In this document: in pieces, positions 52,201-61,200 of the stretch | Layout: each line of letters starts with the position of its first letter | How positions within the stretch are numbered: the stretch's first letter is position 1 | Assembly: GCA_905178155.1 (NCBI GenBank) | Contig: CAJINV010000012.1 | Coordinates: forward strand, 1,112,004-1,176,003 | DNA: 64,000 nt | From: Amoebophrya sp. A120 | Lineage: Eukaryota > Protista > Dinoflagellata | Reading direction: 5' to 3' | The notes under the pieces: generated by a model | Seen by the model: only the letters and a program-made list of their open reading frames with translations | What the model was told of the DNA's origin: nothing | Databases searched by the model: none | Made by a program: the position numbers and the translations under genes

Positions 52201-55200
52201 AGGACGCGGCCGGAGCCGCTACTGTGGCATTAGCTTTCGCCTGTGCCACCTGGCGCTTCGCTTCCAGATCCGCGATGGGGTTGGAATCCAGTAACTGCTT
52301 GGCGAAGGCGGCGGTGAACGGGTGCAAATTTTCGAGGTTAAGCCTCCGGTCGTGGTGCAGCATCTTCAGCGCGATGTTGCAGCGCATGAACGTGAGCACG
52401 AGTCCGTAGGTTCCGACATCGGAGTAGTTGCCGCCGCAGAACTGGAAGGCCTGGCGGACCGGCGTTGGCCACTGTGCCAGGGCCCGCTCGAGTGGCGACC
52501 GGAACCACTTGTACATGATGATCACGGTGCGAACATGGTGGAAGATGTTCCCCAGCCCGCCTGGAAAGAGGGTGAGAAACTCGAAGACGTCGTCCTTGGT
52601 GTCGTTGGCAATCGAGCTGAGGCCGTCCGCGTGCGCCACAGTCGACAAAGCGAAAACGCCGTGCAGAATCTTGGCCAGGATGCTGCCAACTCCGTCCGGC
52701 TTCTTGGGGTCCATGCAGGACCGGTCGGCCCGCAGTTTCTGGGTGATTTCCGCGAAGATGGACTGTGGTCGTGTTTTCTAATCATCAATGCCAAATTAAT
52801 TCACGAGCACCCTGTTAGTGACCAAGTACTGCAGTTCTTCCGTTTACCATGCTGATCTTGCAGCAGCATCGTGCAAAGCTAATTTTCATGCATATCTTCC
52901 GCATGATCACACGGGTACAAAAATGTATAAGATGCGTAGGAATAAAACTGCAGTCGGGTAATCATCAAAGCCACGTACCTTGCTCTGCGCGCGCTTTGTC
53001 CACTTCGTGCTCGTGGGGTCCATCAGCTGCTGCTGCACTTCTTTGTACATTTCCTGCACCCGGGCCAGGTCGAAGGACTCGCCGGGCGGCACGATGTCAA
53101 AAGGGGCGAAGAGCTTGTTCTCCAGCACTGACTTAAGCGCGGCGAGTTGCTGCGCGTTTTCCTGTGCGGATTTTTGCAGCGCCAGCTGGCTCACGTCGCC
53201 GGGAAACAGTTTGCTGGGCGAGGGGTCGCCAATTCCGGGCAGGTTGGACCCGCCCCCGTGTGGGGAACCCGGCTGCGACGGCATCGTCTACGTAGTGCGT
53301 GTAAAACTGGTAGTACGCCTGGTGGAGGTCAGGCCGCGGAGCCAAAAACATTGGCGCGGCTGAGAACCATCGGTGATAAGATGGATCGAAATGGCTAGAA
53401 GTAGTAAAGGTAAGTATTCGAACTGCAACATGGGCACAGGTGTGCGCGGTATCTCTCGAGGCTGGGCGACGAGAGTACAACTACGCTCACGGGTGTCGCT
53501 CGCGGTGGACGAGAGTGAAGACGTGCGACCCGGTCGAAAAAACTCTCTCGATGACGGCAGAGGAACTGAAAAGTGATCTAACGACCCTGACCAAACCGAA
53601 GTAGAACAACAACTGGCGCAGTTCTAGCAGGTGCCAAAAGTGCTGCTGGTGCGGAGGGCGCGCGTCGTGAGCGCGCGGCGAGTACACGGAAAACCTACTG
53701 AGACAGTCTATGGAGTCGAACAACCGGACAAAACACAGTTCTAGCACGTGTAAAAAGTGCTGGAAAAGGGGAGGGAGGGGGGACAGGGTGCCAGGGGTGA
53801 ACACACGTGTGGCGGGAACACAAGGTAGGAGAACACACGGTGCTATGACTATGGGGGTGCGGAAGCACTGCCAAAGCCAGTAGCACTGGAGGGGAAAAAG
53901 AGATCATATGTCGCAAGGAATAAGGGAGAAAACCACGTGGCAAGAAGCTCAGCCTTCTGTGGGCTGGCTTAGTGGGTACAGCGCCCTAGCTGTCCCGAAT
54001 GAAACTTGCAGTGGGAGAATAGGTGCATGTGAGTAGTGCAGTGGAATAAAGTGCACGAGGTGTGTGGCACCAAGCGCAGACGGCCCCTGAGGTTTTTCAT
54101 CCATTAGACAGACAAGTGACAGCTACCACGAAGTGGTAACCCAACCGGTCAATGAGTCCTCGACTCTAAAGACACAGGCAGGTATCCATCGTCCCCTCCA
54201 GAACGAATGTCATAGCATGCACCAGATCACATCGGCAGTCCGCAGGGAGCGGACCGCAGAATCTAGACCCGGTGCGTGCTAAAGGATGCGACAAAATACA
54301 AAGTCACAAGAGTCTAAAGCCGGTGGTAGAAACAAAGAGAACAGGTAGAGACGAAATGAACGACGTTGGAGCAGTTTCCGCATGTGTATATTTATCTTAG
54401 CACTTTTGCATTGCATATCCGTATTTTTCCAACAACTTTTTCCGTTCCTGCTCCAACACGTACTGGCAGTTCGCCTCCACGATGTTCTGCGTATCAAATG
54501 CAAATATGTCTGGGTCCTCCAGAAGATTGCGAGATTTGTGATGCAGTTTTTCCAAGCTCCACCAAGTCTGGAATGCAGGGTCTAGCATCACAGGTACTGC
54601 AGCCCCTTGCCCTTGGCCGTGAACGTGATTCCTCCGTTGCATGAGAAATAACACCCTCCGAGCAGGCCCAGGAGACGTGGGCATCTCTTGTTCTTGCGAG
54701 TTATGAAATACAAGATTTTTGTATGCTCCGCAACACGCATCACAAGTTCGTATCCTTCCAGACCCAGACATAGTTGCAGTTGATACTGCACCTTCTTCCG
54801 CAATTTCACGGATCTGAAGTCCTTCAACGCAAACAGCCTTTTGTTCTCGTCCTTCACTCTTCTCAGCCTTTCCGCTATTCTCTTCTGCTTTTGCTTCTCC
54901 TCTAGAAGCTTCTCGTCCATGGTCAGCATCGATTGCCGGTTCTGCTCTTCGATGCGCAGCTTCAGTTGCGAAATTACTGCTTCCAAGTCCTTGTTCAGCT
55001 GCACGATTTTGTCGTGCTCTTCCAGCAGAACCGCGGTCTTCCGCGCGTCCGCCTTGTAGGAGTCTAGAACCACTACAACGTTGTCCATTTCTTCCTGCCA
55101 GGCGGTTCGCTGTTCGGTGTGCTTCACCCGCAACTTCCCCATCTGGGTCTCAATTTTTAGTTTCTCTTCGTTCAAAAATTCCATTTGCCGCCCCTTGTTC

Positions 55201-58200
55201 TGGATCTTTATCGTGAAGTCTTTCTCAATCTGGACGATCTTCTGCTTCTCTAGATCCACTTCAGATTATCAATTGCAAAAATGTCTGGGTCTGGAAGGAT
55301 GCAAGGTCTGTCATGCTTGTCTGACATGACTGAAGAGTTTGCGATGCGTGTCCAAGAAGAGACCCTCTTGCTTGTCATGCAAAACGCAGCTTGTCATGCG
55401 GAAAGCGCAACACGAAGCCGCGCAAAAATCTCTCATGTTGGCTGCGCATTACAGAAAATTCACCATTCAAAAATCAGCATTACAAGTTTCCAGACCCAGA
55501 CATATTTGCATTTCATACAGTTTCCTTCTGCTTCAAATCCGCGCTCCACTTCATGTGCTCCTTTTTGTATGACAGTGCACCGCTCCTCCTCCCCCTCATT
55601 TGTATAGCATGAACGGCAATACAAGCATCAGCAAGAATGCCGGTTTTGCATGACAAGTTTGCACTGGATTGTAGTTCTATTTGGACTACCAGAACTTGTC
55701 ATGCAAACAGTGCCAAGAAGCAAAGGGTGGATTCTGTATTTTGCATGACAAATGAGGGGGACACGGGGAGTTGTGCGCTGTCATATCTTGTACTCAAGCT
55801 TGAAAAACTCGTACTCGCTTTCGATTTGCTCCTTCTGTTCCTGCATGACTTGCTCGTTGTTTAGCGCTTTCCGGACTTTTAAGTTCAAACCGGTGACCAA
55901 ATCCTCGTGCTTTTGTCGGATTTCGTTCAAGATTAATTGGTGTTTGTTCTTCTCCTCCACCATGTCATGTTCGTATTTCTCATCTTTCTCCTTCACAACC
56001 TGCTGCAAATCTTCCACCTTTTCGTCCCGTTTTTCGGCCAGGTAGTCCTGCGACTCGATAAACTCTTGCAGCTCCTTCTTCAGGTCGTCCCTCTCGGTTG
56101 TCAAAGTTTTGATGATGCGGTCCAGCTCTTCCTTGTGCAGGTAGAGTTTCACGTAGTTCGCGTCTAAATCCTCGTACAAGAGATGTTCCCTCTCCCGGGT
56201 GAGAATCTTCTCGTTCGTCATCGTATCCACAGTATCCACATGATTTCTGTAGTCCTCCCAGATTTGCGAGTACAAGTCCTCCTTCCAGTGCGAGTCCCTC
56301 TCAAACTGCAACAGCTTCGCATCTTCGTAATTCTCTACTAACCTACGCCGCTGCGAGAGGATGTCCTCGATCTGGTAATTTTTCCTTTCCAGTTCGAGGA
56401 GCTTCTCCTCCTCGTTCGTTTGGATTAACCGATGTCGATGCGACAAGTAATCCTCGTAGCCCATGTTGAAGTTTTCGCGCGCGAGAACCAGTATTACAAT
56501 GAAAAATGCCCGCAGCACCCCCGAACTTGGCAGCGTTAGAACATGCAAACCTTTCCAATAGAAACACTCCCGTCTTGCATATATCAGCATCACAAATTTT
56601 CCATGCTGAATATCTCAAATCTGTGTTGCAAAGGAGCCCAGCAGTAGCCGGATCTGTCATGCAAAAGATACGTTCCGCAGCCAGATTCTGCATCAGCAAG
56701 GCTCGTAGTCCTTTCATGCATAGATAAAAAGTTCTTCGTTTGAAAACCTTATGCATGAGAAACTTTTGCAAAATCCGGGTTGAGGGCATTTTTCATTTTA
56801 ATAACCCGTCTTTCTTCTTTATCCATTTCAAAATTCTCCACCATCCGCACCTCCTATCCAACGGAAAAATCCCCCCTCCCCATATCGAAGTGGAAATCTG
56901 TGATGCAGGATTTGAGGTACCAAATCGAGTTGTCATGCTAGAAGGCCAAGAGCCGCAGTCGTGGTCTCGTTTGCAGGCAATTTGTCATGCTGTTTCCCAC
57001 TCTCAGCTGCCTCCTATCATGCTGAAGATGCAAGGCTCCCCCACGCCACCCAGCACTACAGTCCGCATCTTTTCCCGTGTAGCATGACAAAGCTGATTTG
57101 TGACAACAAATCTGCATCACAGATTTCCGTTTTGATATGGAGGGGGGGATTTTTCCTCTCAATACCTCCTGCGCGATCCCCTCTTCGATCAGCATGTTTT
57201 GTCGTTCGCGGTTCCATATCCAGTGCAAAAGCGTCCTGTCGTACTAGTATGAATTGCATCACAAATCTCCTCAGCATGAGTAATGCTGATTGTGATTTGC
57301 CATTAGATCGAGAATTGTAAAAATGCTTGACTGCGATTAGTACGAGTACGCTGCTTTTGCAGTGCATATTCCAGGCGACCTCCGTTGTCCAGCGGAGCTC
57401 CCATTTGACTTGCTGGTTTCGCTATTGAACAAAAAAGTTCATTTGGTAGCGGTAGCGATCTTACTACTCGCACTCGCGTTCTTGCAAGACAAACAGTCGC
57501 CGACATGCACGGTATGCAATACAAATTCCGGTCGTAGTTTTTGCCTTGCCGGACAGCAAGAGAAATTTCGCTAAAGCTAGAAAAACTTTATGTTGGTGTG
57601 ATATTCGCCAATCTTCCTTCATCATCTCTTGCTGTTCCCGGTTTCTTTCCAATTCCAGCATCGCTTTCTGCAACTCCTGGTCCAGAAACTCCGCTTCTTT
57701 CGTTTTCTGCTCGATCATCAACTGCAAATCTTGCTCCAAATCCACCGTTATCCAATGCAAAAGTATCGTACTCGTAGTTAGTAATTGCAAGCATGCAATA
57801 CAAATTAATATATTTATATAAGGCAAACTTTGGGGCCGGAGAGGGTCCGATAGAGGTTGGGGAGAGGTTTCGTAGAGGTTAGACAGAGGGTCGGAGAGGT
57901 AAAGTAGAGGGTCGACCAAAACAAGAGGGTCGGGGAGAGGTAAAGTGAGAGGGTACGGAGAGGGTCGGGAGAGGGTGCGCAGTATAGGGGACCGTATAGC
58001 GGCGCTATACGCCCGAAGAGGGTGCGTAGAGGTTGAGTAGAGGTCAAGTAGAGGGTAGGGGGAGAGGGTCGAGAGGGTCAGAGAGGTTCCACAGTATAGG
58101 GCGACCCTCTAAGCGACCCTCTATGTCGACCCTCTCCGGGAACCTCTTTTTTACCTCTCGGCGGACCCTCTCGGGACCTCTTGGACCCTCTCCCGGACCC

Positions 58201-61200
58201 TCTTCGCGACCCTCTCCGAACCTTTCCCGGACCCTCTCCGAACCTCTCCCGGACCCTCTCCGGGACCCTCTCCCGGACCCTCTACCAGAACCGCCCGCAC
58301 AGTGAAGCTCGCCCGTCTGCGCGCAGTGCCTGTGTCCTAGAGTAAGAATAAACAAAGCTAGGGCCTAAAAGTTCAGGCCTCCCCTGCAAGTTTTTCTTTT
58401 TTGACTCCAGGGCAGACCAGGGCGGCTGTTCAAAGTGCATGCGCCGCTCTGCGTCCCCCGGGGGGGGCGCGGCGCCACGCCTTAACGTAGGCGGCCACCT
58501 AGGGTGGCCGCAACTTCACACAGTGCCCGCGCGCGGGCAGCAGGTGTTGCGTCTTTGTAGCGGCGCGAAAGTGGTTGCGACTAAAGTAGCGACAGCTTTT
58601 CTCTGCCCGTTGTCTCTCGGCGCAAGCATAGCGCATTAGCCTTCGCAAGCACATGCAGGCCCCGCCGCGTGCTCGCTGCCTAACAGGATTCCAGCTCGCC
58701 ACCTTGTAGAAGCGGCACTCCCCCTGTTCAGGGTGCACCCCTGCAACCAACTCCCCTTCCAAGAAAGGCCAACAACCCCCGGCCCCGGGCGCTGCTTTTT
58801 TCGCCAACAAAGAACGCAGGCCGCGGAGGTATCGCTGCCTGCGTGTGTGCGCTGCGCTTTCTGGGCCAACCCCGTCAGACCGGCGCGGCCCCGCCTGCTT
58901 TTTTGGCTGTGCAGCGGCGCGCCACCCTTGGCATCGCCTTCCCCGTTGGAACACCTCCTCCGAACAGCCTCCCTCCCCGGCGGCCTCCGCCGGGGGGTGG
59001 CTGGTCTCTCTCTTAAGGCAAATCAGCATTACAAATTTCATTTCTCATGCTGAGCAAATTTGTAATGCATTTATACGAGTACGATACTTTTGCAATGCAT
59101 AACCGTGTTCGCCCGAAAACTCGTCATGGTGGCGTCCAAGGTTGTGTGCTGGTCGGTTAGCGTGGACAGTTGCTGATTCAACTCTTCGATCTCCTTCTGC
59201 TTCGCCTCTCGCAGATCCACCAGCTCCTGCTGCAGTTTTCCCTGTTCGTCTATTAATTGATTTTTCTCCGCTACAAGCGATTCCACTTCCGAGGTAAGCT
59301 TCTCCACCTGAAGAACCCCCTCGTCGTGCCGGGTCTGCATATGAACTGCAAAAGTATCGCACTCGTAGTAATTGCGGTCATGCATTACAAATTTTCTTTT
59401 TAAGGTAAATCCGCATCACAAATTCCATTTCGCATGCTGAGGAAATTCAAATAATTTGTAATGCATTTATACGAGTACGATGCTTTTGCATTTCATACTG
59501 CAGATCGGCGTGCAATTGCTGGAGATTTTCCAATTCCGCTTTGACGTTCTTGTTTTCGTTCTGAACGACGAGGGTGGTCGCGGACAAGAGTTCTTTTTCT
59601 TGGTTTAAATTTTCGATTTTTTCCTCCAAGTCGTTTTTTGTCTTCTCCAACTCCTCTTCAACTTTCTTTTTCTCTTCGATTAAGTTGTCCCTTTCCTTGG
59701 TGTATGAACTGCAAAAGCATCGCACTCGTATAAAAAATGCATTACCAATTTCCTCAGCATGAGAAATGCAATTTGTAATGCGGATTTACCTTAGCAAAAG
59801 GATTTGTAATGCATGATTGCAATACGAGTACGATACTTTTGCACAGGATATGGTGACGGCCTGTTCGCGCTTTTCCGCCTCTTCCTTCTCGCTTTTCGCC
59901 CTCTTCATTTCTGGCTCGAACTCCTCCCATTTTTTCTGCAGTTCCTCGTTCTTCTCCTTCAATTTCTCCACTTCCCCCTGCAGTTTTTCCGTCTGCTTCT
60001 CCGCCGCTTCCTTTTCCCGTATAAAAACCCGCTCAGGTGTCACTAATATCTCAAGCGTTACAATAGAATCTGGAAATCTGTGATACAAGAAGTGCATGAG
60101 CTAACCCGCTCACGCAGGATTGCGCATGACAAGTTTCGGAGCCCCAAACCGCACTGGAATCATCTGCCGGAATTTGTGTTGCAGAAAGTGGAACGCGCTG
60201 CCGCGATTCTGTCATGTACAGCATGCAAGACAAACTCCAGATTCTATTGTAACGTTTGAAAAAATTGTAACATCGGAGCAAGCCATATCCCGGACGGCGG
60301 TCTTTTTCTCGTCCTCGAGGGTTTTCAGTTCTTTATCCTTCTCTTTTATTTTCTCCTCCAGTTCGTCATTGGTTTTTTCCAACTTTTCTCGTTTCTCCAC
60401 GTGCTTTTGCACGTCTTCCTCCAATATCAAGTGCCAATATGTCTGGGTCTGGAAGAGTCATGCTGCTTTTGCATGACAGCGAAGGTCTGGCATGGAAGCT
60501 CTAGCATCACAGATTTCGAGAAGCTTCCGCAATGCCGACTCCGCATGACAAATGCCCCATTTTGGTGACAAGAAGCGGGCAGCTTTTGCTGCCTATGCAT
60601 GAGAGATTTTTTTATGTGTTGTGAAATGCGCATCACAAGTTTGCATTTTTCCAGACCCAGACATATTTGCGATGCATATCCAAATCCGTGATTTTTCGCT
60701 CTAAATCCTTTTGCACCTTCTCCGCCTCCTTTGCAACTTTCTCTGCAGCGTCTTTTTCCTTTTTCATTTCGGCCATTTCTTCCTTGTTTTTCTTCTTCTC
60801 CTCCTTCATCTCCTCGACCTCCTTTTCTTGCTTTATGCAGAGCAAAAGAGTGCTGTGCTGTGTAAGCGTACTTAACATGCAGAAGCAGATGGTGCAGGTG
60901 CACATCAACAGCGCAGTAAATAATTTTGTCTGAATGTTGAAAGGTGCTATGCTCAGCGACAGAGAGATGTCTGTTCAGACTGACACGCAGTATTCGGCAC
61001 AAGAACATCATTCAATACGCGATTATTTTTAAGCACTTCTCTTTCACTCTGGATACTTTTTTCCATTTTGTCATTTGCCTTTTTCAAATCGTCCTCCGCA
61101 TTTTCCTTTTCCGTCTGCAGATTGTCCTTGTCTTTCTTGAGCTGCTTTATCAAATGCAAATATGTCTGGGTCTGGAAACTTGTGATGCTAAAATGTGGAT

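Larger units (their letters stand above)
43444..54401 (-). mobile_element. Tyrosine-recombinase retrotransposon (Ngaro/PAT-like, split direct repeats)
   Basis: A1 54291-54401 = A2 43797-43907; B1 43908-44186 ~ B2 43444-43722; gag-like, RT/RH and YR ORFs; no TSD. Confidence 0.9.
43296..54417. mobile_element. Family D introner split by a retrotransposon
   Basis: TSD TCCGT at 43291-43295 and 54418-54422; right TIR is broken as TACGAGTACGAT|ACTTTTGCATTGCATA. Confidence 0.9.

Noticed and set aside
59698-59855. A universal G donor hidden in every TSD
   Set aside because: The G position varies from -1 to -5 and is absent here (CACCA).
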